From: Geosiphon pyriformis uo1
Lineage: Eukaryota; Fungi; Glomeromycota
Direction of reading: 5' to 3'
NCBI GenBank assembly: GCA_016748015.1
Contig: JAAOMT010000034.1
Span: 496,001-560,000 of the forward strand
DNA: 64,000 nt
Part shown: in pieces, positions 10,583 to 26,959 of the stretch
How the letters are laid out: each line of letters opens with the position of its first letter
How positions within the stretch are numbered: position 1 is the stretch's first letter
The notes under the pieces: model-generated
What the model was told of the DNA's origin: nothing
What the model saw: the letters and a program-made list of their open reading frames with translations, nothing else
The model's database searches: none
Position numbers and translations under genes: made by a program

Positions 10583-13500
10583 TTACACACCTACACAGTC
10601 TACAACAGAAACACCATTTAGGAAACCAAAATCTAAACTAGACAAACATGAATACAGCCCAAAACTAACATATATGCCTAATTTAACACCGAAACCGCGG
10701 ATAACATCAGAGGACCACAAGGAAAACAGACCTGAGACTGAGGGAATCGAAGAACCATCACGTGGCAAAAGATTATGTTTCTCATAATATGCCCTCAGCT
10801 TAATAGCAGACAACCATATAAAAGAACAGTGATTCTCGGCGAAGTGTTAGACAAACCTGACAACAAGTGCACCACCATCAGAATCAGCACCCAACCAGTG
10901 ACACACGTCATCAACCCAAGATTTCAACACAAAACCTTTAGCTAGTGCCATATACAGCTCAGTAGACACAGCCGCCATTCCCAAAAAACAAAAAACCACA
11001 CCATCATCAGCACAAACACCCAATGAGTCAGCCCAATCAAGAGCAGCAGTAGACAGCAACTCTTTCTTAGCATCGTTATCAGAAAGGTAGGAGAAAGTGT
11101 GATCAGAATCCTCCAACAAGCCACACTTGATACAAGCAATGCTCGGATACTTAGAATTATACAATCTTTTCCTGGCAGCCACCAGCAAATGACAGTACAG
11201 TGCTTTCATAAAATACAAGCAGAGCGAAACCGACGTCAAGTTGGTAAAACCAGAGCTGATCTTGTCATCAAAATGCCAAACACTAAAAGTCCTAGTCCTG
11301 TCAAAACCACCATAGGAAATTGCATCCACAAAAACACTCGCACATCTGGCTTCCCAACCAACAAAGTTAACTGTATTGAACAAAGCCTTAACAAATCGGC
11401 GAGCATTTCCAGAAACAGGCCTTCCTTCCACTCTGAAAAAATGAAAAGACACCACAGGGGTCAAAATAAAGCTAGAGGTAACAGCAAAATTGGTGTAGAA
11501 ATCGGCATGCTCATTTCCAACATCACCAGAATGGCCCTTGACCTTATTCCAAGTAATTGATAAACCCTTTCTAGAAATAATTTGACTAATATATTCCTTC
11601 TCAATCCAACATTTATCCCAAAAATCAGGACCAAACCCACCAGACCCAGAGCAGCACATGTCAAGTGATGCTTGACTGTCCATAAACAACACAACCGAAC
11701 TAGAACCAGGCACACATTCCAACACTAGAGCAATGGCTTGCAGCTTCACCAAGGTTGAAGAAAGCAACCCATTAACACTGATCTCAATGCTGGCATTAAC
11801 CCCAGGAAAGTAAGCAGCCATATCTCTGTAAGCACCCACCAAACCCATACATTTGACAGACCCATTCATGTAAATGGTCACAGGATCCAAACCAGAAGCC
11901 AACAATTGGATATGAACATAACTAAAGTCACAAGAAACACCAGCTGAAGTGGAACAAGAAGGCGCAAACCCACCACCTGACAAATCACCAGTACTAACAA
12001 AATTGACCAGAATAGTAAACCAAGCAGGAACTGGGCCTCTGAAGTCCAGCCTCTTCCATCGGTGAAAGATGTTCCAGGAAAAACAGGAACCATTGCGGTC
12101 CAGAATCTGGTTTACAAACACTACACCATATCACCTAAGATGTTTTGACACACATAAATAAGAATCAGAGCCCAACACATCCAGGACCGTCACACCACCA
12201 CCAGCCCAAAAGACATCAAACATATCACCATCCAAGAACAGGTTGCATAAAACAAGGGCACATGTTACACCAGACAGAAAGCAGTCTATTGGATCTATCA
12301 GCAGTCTGATCAGAAACCAGAGAGGGTGCCTGGGCATCCAACTAGCAGCCTGCAAATCCATCACCCTATAATCAAACAATCTGCCAAGAATTCCACCAGT
12401 ATTAGCAAAACTAATTAAACTAGCCAAAAGATTCTCAGTAAGCACTTGCTCAAAAGTTCTCAAACCAAACAACTTAAGATAATGTAATGCATCACTAGAA
12501 AAGTCCTTAGGCAGGTTCGCTTTAAGCTTCAAGCCTTTTCTCAACATAACATCTCACTTATCACAGACACTCTTCAAAACACAACTAAACTGAAGCCTGT
12601 AAGAAACAATAGGCTGTAAAACAGCAGAAACCAAGTATAAAAATTGCTTTTCAGTGATGGCTTTCCTCAAAACCACATTCGAAAAAAACCTAACATCGGA
12701 ATGGGCTTTGGCCAAGCTCGGTTTAAACAAACCATCAGATGAAATAAAAATTCCTAAGTACTGATGAGATTTCTTTCTTTTTGCAACTAAGATATTAGAA
12801 CCACTAATAGAAAGTGATGCATCTTTGACTCCTTGGTTGATAGGAATAGCAACTGTTTTACTAGCATTAATAGATATGTCGTTGACTGAGAAAAACTCGC
12901 TCACAATGTCCAATATCTTCTGTGTAGCAGATAAGCAGTTACCAATCCAAATGGTGTCATCAACAAAAGCACTGGCTGCAAAGTATGAAGTCAAATCACC
13001 CCGAGCATCCATCTTACCAGTCTTAGTAAAAAATTTTGAACTCAATCTGTACCCATACAATTGCTCATGTCTTTTTACCTTGCAAAGTAAGAGGTCATAA
13101 AAAATTCTCCACAACAATAGTGAAAACACCTCACTCTGATCTAAGCCATCATGAACAATATATCCACTAGTGAGCCCAAAATCAGTCATTACCTGATTGG
13201 TCCGACCATTGTGTATATTTCTAAAAAATTTAATGAAGCGAGAGCACATCTTGATCCTAGCCAGACTGGCTTTAAGATGGAACCAATCAACTGAGTCATA
13301 AGCCTTATGCATATCTTGAAGAACTAACCAAAGCTCTCTATTCTTCTCCAAAGCATCCTTAATTATTAAACCAATAACAAAAATAGGAGTTTGTATAGAC
13401 GTACCCTTTAAGACCAAAAAATTGTCACCACGCAAAACATCAAATCTACTACAGGCCAAAGAGATTCTGTCAGACAGAATCTTAGAAAGTATCTTCCTAG

Positions 13501-15271
13501 CAGTCTCAACCAAAGCAATAGGCTGAGTATTAGTAAGAGTTCCTTTCCAATTATATGGCTTTGGAATCATTGATACCCAAGCCAACTTCTATTGTTTAGG
13601 CACTGTACCAGACACAAGACATGCATTGAGAATATCCAACAAACCACCCAGAACCTGCAAATTACCATGCTTCCAAAATTTGTTAGGAATACCAGAAAGT
13701 CCAGCAGACTTGCCATCAGGTAAATCATTAACTACTTTGAGAAACTCATCAGAGCTTATATTACACATAACTGCAAAAAATGCACAATCATTAACATGAA
13801 CCAAAGGAGCATACTGAGCCAACCAATGAGGAGGCAGAGAATCGGGAACCACACGTTTCCTTGTCCAATCTTCCATAATACCATTGACAGCAGATTTGAC
13901 CTTACCAGGTTTGAGAATCAAATCATCCCCAATTATTAGGTGGTCAAGCACCATCTTCCGAAATGGATGCTCCAAGACACTTTTGATCATGCAACTCTTA
14001 TCAGAACAAAAATTCTCCATGCGCTTGTCAATAGCCTTCTTAATAAGGGCATCCTTAGCAACCCTAGATTCAAAGTACTTAGACTTGTGATATTTTTTTT
14101 TGACCCCTGATAGGTGGTGCAGAATCATCTTAATATTGGCACTATTGTCAACCATAACGCAAACCTCAGCAGCATCACTAACATCGATTTTGGACCAAGC
14201 ATTAATAAGTTTAACTATACTAGAAACCTAATAAGAACCCAAGCTCCGCATCAATTTAGCCACCAAAAACTCCAGCTTGAAAAATTTCGAAGATTGCTTA
14301 TTTCTCAAACACTCGAATTCACTGAACCAGAATCTTAAAAACATCTTATCAGCAGAGCTAGTTACCACCTCCCTAATGATCTCCCACATAGCATCTAGAT
14401 TACCACTAGTCTTAGTCTCATAGAATTCACCCGATCACTCCAGAAATCTAATTAAAGAGCAGTCTCGAAAACCCAACCACTTGTCAGCACCCGCATCTTT
14501 GATTCTGAATTTCCACCTATCCTGATTAGCTTGCTTATGAACACTATTAAGATGAGCATTGAGAAGATCACTCAAACCAATTGAAACCAATACAGCCTTG
14601 TGGTTCATATCAAAAAAATCTTGAACAGAAGCAACACTGTGACCAGCAATTGCAGCTGACAGACCTTTACTCACAAAAATAAAATCAATAACCTTCTCAA
14701 CACCCCTTGAGTTGCCCCAAGTAGGAGCCCCAACCAAAGAGTGTCCCCCAAACAAATTAACCAAACCCAGATCAGAACAAAATTTAAAACTTGCACTCTT
14801 CTTAGAGCCATCTTCATTAAAGTCACCACCAAAAACCACAAAAGTGCTGGAGTTTACAGTCTTAGTAATAAACAAATTGATTTCTAAAGCCTGACTAAAC
14901 TTAGTACCAGCAGAAGTGCTGACATAAAGACCCAAAACTGAAACTGAAAGCTTGCCCTTGAAGAGAAGCCACACTGAGATAAAATGACCAGGAACCTCTT
15001 TGACTTTAGAGACATGATGAGCCAAAGAATTGTCCATAATAATAGCCAGGTCAGCACCAAGGAAACCCACATCCAACCCTAAAAAAAAAATTCTCACCCC
15101 ATCAAATTTATCCGCAATTCATGGCCTAGTAGAAGACCTAAGCTTAGTTTCTGTAACTACTGAGATCAAATTACCAGAATTGAAATGCTAACATACAACA
15201 TCCACTTGCTTAGTAGAAATGTTGATACCATGAACATTACACGTAGCTACTCTCCAAATCAGGTCACTCAT
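10583..15271 (-). pseudogene. LINE ORF2: AP endonuclease - reverse transcriptase - RNase H - C-terminal zinc finger (stop-interrupted)
   Basis: MSDLIWRVATCNVHGI, GGDFNE and IDFIFVS (APE); LQDMHKAYDSV and FVDDT (RT); KLQAI, MDSQ and KVKGHSGDVGNEHAD (RNase H); CIKCGLLEDSDH. Confidence 0.92.
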
Positions 15272-17142
15272 TGGGGTGAAGAAAGCGTCTGCAAACCCAA
15301 ACTAATGCACAACTGATCTAACTTCTCCAAAATCACACCAACAAAGGCATCAAGAACCAACAACTTGGATTCCAAGGAACCCACTTTAGAGGTCAAAACC
15401 TTCAAACTACTTGAACCCAAATCTGAACCACTGAAAGGAAGCAGAGATGTCACTACAAGAATATTCGAGGTGTTATCCAAAGCCATATTAAAACTGGCAG
15501 CTGCTGGTGCAGCCAAAACACCAGAAGTAGAAAGAGAAGGGACTGACAGCACCAGATTCACATTATTGAATTTGTGCATAATACCAAAAACCCGGTCATT
15601 TAGGATCTCCAATGAATGTTTCAAAGATGCCAAATGAACACTCAAAGATGAATTGACATTCGGAAGTAAAAGAGCACCACCACCTAAACTAGAGGCGCCA
15701 TGAGAGAAGGCACCAGAACCAAAACCAGAGCTGGAAGAGAAGTCAACAGAAAAGGATGCAAGAAACACCACTTGGGCCCATGACTTGTTCCCAAAAGCAG
15801 CAGGACGAGAGATAAAAACATTTTTTTTTGCATAAAGCCTGGCCAACTAAAGGCAATTGGCAAAGGAAGCAGGCGTTTTAAATGAAGATGAGAGCTCAGG
15901 AGATGACACAATTGAAGCATCACATTCAAGAGCTGAGTGACCAAGATGCCCACATTTCCCGCACCAAACCAAATCAAATCTAGCCCACGAGAGTCGAACA
16001 CCACCAAGAATAGGCTCAGTAAGAAAAGCTGAATCCAAATCATTAGCAGATTCAAAGCACACTACTGCACAACAAAATTTATTGCCAGTTTCCAATGAGT
16101 GATTAATGACACAAGTCTTTCCACCAACTTTATCTAAAAGAGTACTAATATCATGTGCAGTAGTTCCCACCAGCAAAGTAAACAAAAGTGCTCTGAAGCA
16201 ATCCCTCGATGCCCAGATATCACAATCACTCACAGCTTTGGCTACATGCACTGAGTCTTTCCCAATTAGGAATGACCACTTTAAGACCAACTAATCAGCT
16301 TGATTAAACTTGGCAAATTCCACCACAGCCTTTTGCCACATTCCAATTAACTGAATTTTAATTGATTTAATATCTCCAAACTCGGCTACTGCAGCGACAA
16401 TTATTTCTTTAGACATATCCATAAGAATTTCTTTGATCACCACAGCCCAATCTGAACGCATTTCTTGTCTTTTGAGATCAGTGTTTACAATGATGTTGTT
16501 ATCTTTGGCCAATAAGATGGTTTTTTCCATGCTTGCTTCAGAAGTGAAGGTAGATCTGATGATCCTTTCAAATTTTGAGGGGGTAGTGGCCCCCCCAAAA
16601 CCACTGATTTCTGAAAACAATTTTCTTATGACCTGAGTTTTGGCCGTTGCTGATTTCTCTTCCACAGCTGAAAGATTGATGTCCAAAGCAAAAAATTTTC
16701 TCACAGACACCTCAACCTGAGTTTTAACAATTTTAGGATCAATCCACTTTTTATCCAGAGGGATAGATACACGAAGGGGAAGCACAATTTTATCATTATC
16801 CATAGCGAAATCAGGAAAGCCAAGTGGAGAACCAAACATTGTGCCAGTATTAACACGTTTTGCCTTGGGAGTGATCACAGCTGAACTCAGAAGAGACTCT
16901 TTATGTACACCTATCATGCCAACATCCTCATTATTACCAGACAGACTATCCACATCAGAGTACACACTATTACCAGGCCCTGATTTACTCAAAGAGATAT
17001 TCCTCTCATCACCAGAGTGTTTAACATTGCCAAGAACCACCCTTTTTTTTTGAGCAAAAGAATCACCAGCAAGACCATGGAAAGCACCTTTGGACACCTT
17101 CTTTTTTGACATATCACTGCTCGAAGCAGTCTTCAAATCCAT
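15268..17142 (-). pseudogene. LINE ORF1 (RRM-like regions, CCHC knuckle, C-terminal coiled coil)
   Basis: VVIKEI...EFGDIKSIKIQLIGMWQKAVVEF and CGKCGHLGHSALEC; in-frame stops. Confidence 0.88.
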
Positions 17143-17511
17143 AATGAAGGAGTTATTGTTTAAGGAAATGTTGAAAGAAAACTAACAAGAAAAAATTAAA
17201 AACTTTTTTATCAGAAAATACACTTTTTTGAGAATTTTTGGAGGTAAGAGAGAAAATAAATTTATTAATATAATATATATTTAAAAAGCAAATAAAAATA
17301 AAATAATTAATCTAAATATTAGCTTTAAAATTTTATTATATTTTTTTAAACATATTTAATTTTAATTTAAAAATTTAACAATTAGATTTGTATTAAGATA
17401 ATAATTAAATTAATATATATAATTTAATAAAACTATTTAAACTAAGATTTATTATTAAAAACAATAAAATAAAAAAATAAAAAAATTTTTTAATATAAAT
17501 AATAATATTTT

Positions 17512-17700
17512 TCAGGTATTGGGGACAAGATTTCTGTTCATATAGAAGTTTAGTGTTATTCTGATTGGTCTGAATGGCTAGTCATGTATAGAGAATGCAT
17601 GATTCGAACCTAGTTTGAACCATTTGTATGGTTCATAGCTTTAGGCTGCATTTGGATTTCACTCATTAAATGTAATAAAAAATAATAATAATAATAATAA
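17512..17700 (+). mobile_element. 5'-truncated LINE 3' end (last codons, 3' UTR and A/TAA tail)
   Basis: FSGIGDKISVHIEV* followed by a 3' UTR homologous to the other copies and a (TAA)n/A tail. Confidence 0.85.
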
Positions 17701-18960
17701 AACTTTAATAATATATGTTTAACAAATTTTTTAAACAGATTTTTAAAAAAATTACATTTTAATTTATATAATTAAAATATTTACAATTTTTATAGTAAAT
17801 TAAATTCAGTCTAATTTATATTAAATATATTTTAATAAATATTAAAATAGTATAATAAATCTTATTTTAAGCTTAATATAAACAATAGTATATTAATTTT
17901 ATTATTTATAACTAAATTATAATTAATAATATAAGTTTTTTTATTTATTTTATTTACCAAATTTTCAAAATTAAAAGTAATAATATTTATTAATAATGTT
18001 AATAATAGTGGTTTAAATCTATTTTGTTGTTTTTAAGTTTTATAATTTTTAATAAATTTAATAAAACTGTTACTAATTAATATTAAATAAAAATTAAAAA
18101 ATAGTTTGTTTTAATTTAGGAAATTTTACTACAATTTTTTATTATAGTTTAATTAATTATAAATCATTTTTTTAAAAATATTTATAAAAATTTTCTTGAT
18201 ATTTACAATCTAATTTGACAATATATTTGGCTTTTTAAAAATATTTTATAAATATATTCTTATTTTTGATTAATATTATGATTTTAATTAAATTAAACTT
18301 TAATATTAATAATTTTCTGAAATTTTAAAAAGATAAAATTTTTTAAAACTATTTATTAATAAAAACATTTTTTTAATCATTTGCATTTTTTTTATTAAGC
18401 ATTTTTTTATAATTTATAGATTAATATTTAAAACATAAATTTTTTAATAATAATAATCAATTTTTTTTGATATTTTTAAAAGCAAAGTAATTCGACTTAA
18501 ATAAAACAAATTACATTTAGCTTATTAAAATTTAAAAAAGTTTTATTTTTACTAATAGTATTAAATTTAACATTGATTATTATTAATGCTTTTAACACAT
18601 ATTTAAAATTAGTTTTTATATCATTAAATACATTAAAAACAGCCATTTTTATTTTATTTAATGTGATAGCTATTTTATTATCTAAAAATAAAAACTTTTT
18701 TCTTTGCAATCTTAAAAGTAATTGATTTTTTTTTGAAAAAATTATTTAAAATATAATTTTAGTTGGTTTAATATCTATTATTTAATATATAAACAAAAAA
18801 TTTTTTTGTTAAATTTAAGTTTGAATTGTATTTAATATAGATAATACTATAATACAATTTATTAATAATTTAGAAAAGCTTTAAAGTAAATAGTAAAGTT
18901 ATTATAGCTTAGATAAATAGATATGTTTGTTTTGTACATATTTATTAATTTAAATTAAAA
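17701..18960. repeat. AT-rich desert
   Basis: G/C nearly absent; origin not recognisable. Confidence 0.45.
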
Positions 18961-19012
18961 ACTTAAAGATTTAACAGTTAGTAATTGATCAACATTCTTA
19001 AGCCACACAAGA

Positions 19013-19018
19013 ACGCGT
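19013..19018. promoter_or_regulatory. MCB-like element ACGCGT upstream of MLH1
   Basis: Exact ACGCGT 22 bp before the ATG of a DNA-repair gene. Confidence 0.35.
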
Positions 19019-19040
19019 AGTTTGTCATTCACGAATTTCG

Positions 19041-22000
19041 ATGGAGAAACCTGGCCAAAATCCAGACCCTCGACCCATAGTCAAATTGGAAGAGATTGTT
19101 GTTAATAGAATCGCGGCTGGAGAGGTTTGCCTACCTAATTAAATCTTTATAACGCTCAAGGATCACTAAATATTTTTTTTAGATCATTCATCGACCCGCG
19201 AATGCTTTGAAAGAACTTATTGAAAACTCCTTGGATGCTGGTTCAACTAGCATTCAAATCTTAGTTAAAGAAGGTGGACTCAAATTATTGCAAATACATG
19301 ACAATGGACACGGCATTCGGGTTGGTTTTCTTGTTGCTTTCAGCCTGGCAAATTTTCATAAATTTATGTTCTTTATTCTTTAGAAAGAAGATATGGCTAT
19401 TGTTTGTGAACGGTTTACGACAAGCAAGCTAAAAAGGGTTGAAGACCTAGCAACAATAGGAACCTATGGCTTTCGAGGAGAGGCTCTCGCGAGCATTACT
19501 CACGTTGCACACGTCACTATAACTACCAAAACTTCTGATTCGAGCTGTGCTTACAGGCGAGATTTTCATTTTCCGTCGATTTTCAGGGTTTGATTAACCA
19601 GTCTTATCAATGAATTTAAATACATTATCCAGAGGTCATTATTCTAATGGTAAGCTGGTTCCCCCTAAACCAGGTGCTAGTAACGAGCCGAAGCCTTGTG
19701 CTGGGAACACTGGAACTCAAATTACAGTAAATTTGACTCTCATTTTTAGTTGTTATCCAATCCGCGAAATTACACCTATTTTCTTCATTTTCAGGTGGAG
19801 GATCTTTTCTATAACATACCCACACGCAGAAAAGCCATGAAGAATTCCAGCGAAGAATACAATAAAATCCTCGATGTAGTCAATCGATATGCTATTCACA
19901 ATGCTGGGATTAGCTTTGGATGCAAAAAAGTAGGTGGTTAATACTAAATTCTCCAGAGAATTCAAATTCTGACGTGCAAATTTCTTCAGCAAGGATCAAA
20001 TCAACCTGATGTACAAACACTCTCAAATGCCTCAATACTGGACAATATTCGGCAAGTATATGGGGGAAGTACGGCATCCGAGCTTTTAGAGATCAGCAAA
20101 GAATATCGTAAACTCGAATTCCGGGTTAAAGGATACATCTCCAACGCCAATTATCACGTTAAAAAAATTGGATTTCTTTTGTTTATCAATCGTAGGCTAT
20201 TTCGCGTTTTTACTTTATTCTTAAAAAATTCAAGTCATCCACATCTACCTTTTGCCTTAACAGACAGAGCTGTTGAGAATTCGAGACTGAAGAAAACAAT
20301 AGAAAGTATATATGCAACATATTTGCCGAAACAAACACACCCATTTGTTTATTTAAGCCTTAATATCAGTTCAAAAAATGTGGACGTAAATGTTCATCCC
20401 ACTAAAAGCGAGGTCAGATATTCAATGATGCTGTAGTTTACTGTTCCCTTGGACTTACCACTTTTTACCATTGTAGGTTCATTTTCTGTATGAAAATGAA
20501 ATAATAGCTAAGATTGGAGATGCAATACAAACCACTCTTGCTGGGGCCAGTTCTTCAAGATCGTTCTTGACCCAGGTCTTTCAGCTTTTCGGATGATATT
20601 TTTTTGTTCATGACAGACATTCACCCTTATCTTCACTCTCGAATTCTTAGACTTTATTACCAGGAGCCCCCTTATTAGGTGATCTCAATCAAGATGACAA
20701 TCACAGTTTAGCCAATTCAAAGTCAGGTGAAAGATGTTATAAAAGACAGAGCTGGAATTACCTTTTCAACAGTAAAATCCTTTGATTTTCTAACTTCATG
20801 AGTATACACATACCAGTTCGTGATTGTAAACTTGTGAGAACAGATTCACGAACCAGGACGTTGGACAAATTTTTCACACCCGAGGATATTTTAACGTCTA
20901 TCAAAAGAGCAAGAATCGATACCACAATTGGAAATGATCTCATCGGAAGCACCACAAAAAGGTTATCTTTTATTAGCCTATTCTCTGACTCCTAGAAAAT
21001 TGATTTTATATTTTAAATGGGTGGATATTTGGGAAATATATAGCCTCCACTTGAGCGAGGAATCTTCAAAGCTGGATCGAAGGCTAGAGTGGAAGGATAC
21101 GCGTCTCTTGAGCATATTAACTCTGCGAAACCGCTTAAAAGAAGCCAGACACCAAGGTACTTTTGGCAGTCATTAAAAAGAAATTCAAAATTTTATGTTT
21201 AAAATATCATGTTTCTAGGTCTTGCCGACTTGCTTGCTAATCATACTCTTGTGGGATGCGTCGATGATAATCAAGGATTAGCTCTTGTCCAATATCAAAC
21301 AAAGCTATTCCTACTCAACTATAAGATGCTTAGGTATTTTAGCTTGTTTACACTCCAGACAATTTGCTCTTATAATTATAATATCGATTCTGTGTGTTTA
21401 GTGAAGAGCTATTTTATCAATTAATCCTACAAGAATTCTCCAACTTTGGGCATATTCAATTGTCAAGATTTGCTCCTATTCGCGAGCTCATATTGCTGGC
21501 CCTCGATCAGATTGAGAATGAAGAATTAATGAAATGTTTAAAATCAAAAGAGCAAATTGCCGAGGTAAGTTCTTAAATGCTTCTTTTATAGGCATGTTAA
21601 CTCATCTTCATTTGATCAAATGTAGATCATCAACGGACAGCTGATACAGCAGAGAGATATGCTTGGGGAATATTTTTCGATGACAATTACAGAGACGGGT
21701 AAACTGACTACTTTGCCATTAATCATCAAGGGGTACGTTCCAAATTTGGAAAAACTACCTAATTTCTTGTTACGGCTTGGCACTGAGGTATCTCAATTTG
21801 GTCATTACTCATTTATTTTCCATTAATTATGGCCATTTAATCCATGTTTCTGCTCGGATCAAGGTTGATTGGACAACCGAAATCGTATGCTTTGAAATTC
21901 TTGCTCGAGAATTGGGTCGTTTCTATGCAACCGAGCCTCCTAATATTTATAATGATGTTGATGAAATCCTTCACCCCTCGAAAGCCATTGATTTCAATGA

Positions 22001-22244
22001 TGCTATTCCTATGGATATTTGCCAAGATCCAAAAGGCAAACAGAAAGAGCGACATGATAAAGACATAACCAACCCTAATCATGAAGAAAGAGCGTCGCTG
22101 GAAAAGTATAAATGGCAAGTCGAGCATTTGATTTTTCCCGCTTTTAGAAGTAACTTTGACCCCCCAAAGAGTATAGCTGAAAGCCGACAAATAGTTCAAA
22201 TCGCTGATCTTCCAGCTTTGTATCGTATATTTGAGCGCTGTTAA
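19041..22244 (+). CDS. MLH1: DNA mismatch repair protein MutL homolog 1, multi-exon
   Basis: VVNRIAAGE|[50 protein letters not shown] and the diagnostic C-terminal FERC*. Confidence 0.97.
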
Positions 22245-22366
22245 ATTACAGAATGAGCTAGGTAGCTAAAGATTTGAATATTACACATTTGCGTGAAAGC
22301 AAATCGAAAGTCAAAATTTCGATTCGCTTGTCTTGCTCCTTAAAAGTGAATGAAGCTCTTTGAATA

Positions 22367-23375
<1,009 letters not shown>

Positions 23376-23746
23376 TATTTTTATTCTTTTCTGTTTACTC
23401 GAAAAGTCGGCCTATTTTAAATTCGAATTGAAAGCTGTTCTCTTTGAGCCTCGCTCGCAAATTTAGATCTTCAGAGTAATAGGCGAATCCACTGATACGG
23501 TGGAAACATTTACATACACATGATGTTCTTTATTGATCCGGGAAAAGATTTTATTGACAATAATTAAAAGAGATGTTGATATTCGAAATTGTTATCTGAT
23601 CAAGATGAAATTTATCTCACATCATCTTCAAGTATTTAGGAAAATATACAAAGGTCCCTACAAGAACGTTCACAATTTCCGAAATAGCCTACCGAATAAA
23701 TAGTATTACGTTATAAAGAGTACATTGAAATTATGGGATTTAATAG

Positions 23747-26059
<2,313 letters not shown>

Positions 26060-26959
26060 TTTGAAGAGTATGACCTTTGGTGCGATTTATTTGTATTTTA
26101 AAAAGAAAAAAACGTTCAGAAATTGTTGGCTTATGTAATAAATAAGATCAAACTTTGATACAATAATCTTTAAAAACCACAAAATATCAAATAAAAGAAT
26201 TTTTGCACCAATCTTTTGCTTTCATCATAACTTGGATTGCGTTTGATAGACCCAAAAGTCATAATTGTTTCGAAGAAGAAAAAATTAACCCAAAGGAATC
26301 ATTCTGCACAAAAAACATCAGAAACGTAAATAATAAAAAAAGAAAAAAATTTCATAAACACAATATTTACAAAAAATAACTTATCTCTTACAAGAAGACC
26401 ATTTTTTTAAATATTTTATTCTTTGCCAAATTTCTATTGTTGCAAAATAACTTGTAAATTTACTTAATTGTGGGTTTATGTTGCAAACTTCAAGCAACTG
26501 CTTTCTATCTTTTTTTTTTAAACAGTTTTTAACAGTAAGAAATTTCAATTTAATTTAAAATGTAAATTTATTGTAAATTCCAAGTGTTTTTTTAAGTCAA
26601 TTGATTTTATTGGGTTTTAGTAAAAAATAAATAAAAAAGTTTTAATTATAATTTGGTCAAAAAAAAATTGTTTTTAATAAATTGTTTTAATTTAAGTATT
26701 AAAGTTATTATTTTGTTAAAAGATATATTTTTAAAAAAAAAAGCTTTTTTATATAACTTTTAAATAATAATAATATATATATTTTTAATTTATTTATAAA
26801 TAAAACTTAATTTCTATTTAATATAATATAATATAATAAAAAATATTCTAAATTAAACATAAATTACATATTTGTTATATATAATTAGTTATTTAAACCA
26901 AGAAAATAATTCTGTAATATTTGGTAAATTTTATAAAAAAAAATAATTAACAATAATTT

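Larger units (their letters stand above)
10446..17255 (-). mobile_element. Full-length non-LTR retrotransposon (LINE, L1/Tx1-like architecture with RNase H), copy A, inactivated
   Basis: 5' UTR, ORF1, ORF2, ~110-nt 3' UTR and A-rich tail (T-runs at 10446-10470). The 5' terminal motif is shared with copy B. Confidence 0.93.

Noticed and set aside
11099-11560. Antisense ORFs over the LINEs (also 53119-54991 and 61092-62427)
   Set aside because: Shadow frames of ORF2, not conserved between copies.
10583-17142. Alternative genetic code or stop readthrough to explain the many in-frame stops in TE ORFs
   Set aside because: Stops fall at Trp/Gln/Arg codons as expected from transitions and differ between copies; host genes use the standard code.
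10440-17280. Target-site duplications around the full-length LINEs
   Set aside because: Flanks are low-complexity AT; no convincing direct repeat could be identified.
18497-18709. K/N/I/F-rich ORFs in AT deserts (also 43189-43383 and 47030-47224)
   Set aside because: Compositional artefacts of decayed DNA; no assignable product.
21788-21862. Possible U12 intron in MLH1 (GTATCTC donor), and similarly GTATCTA in LPD1
   Set aside because: The donor lacks the ATCCTT consensus and there is no clear U12 branch site; treated as U2.
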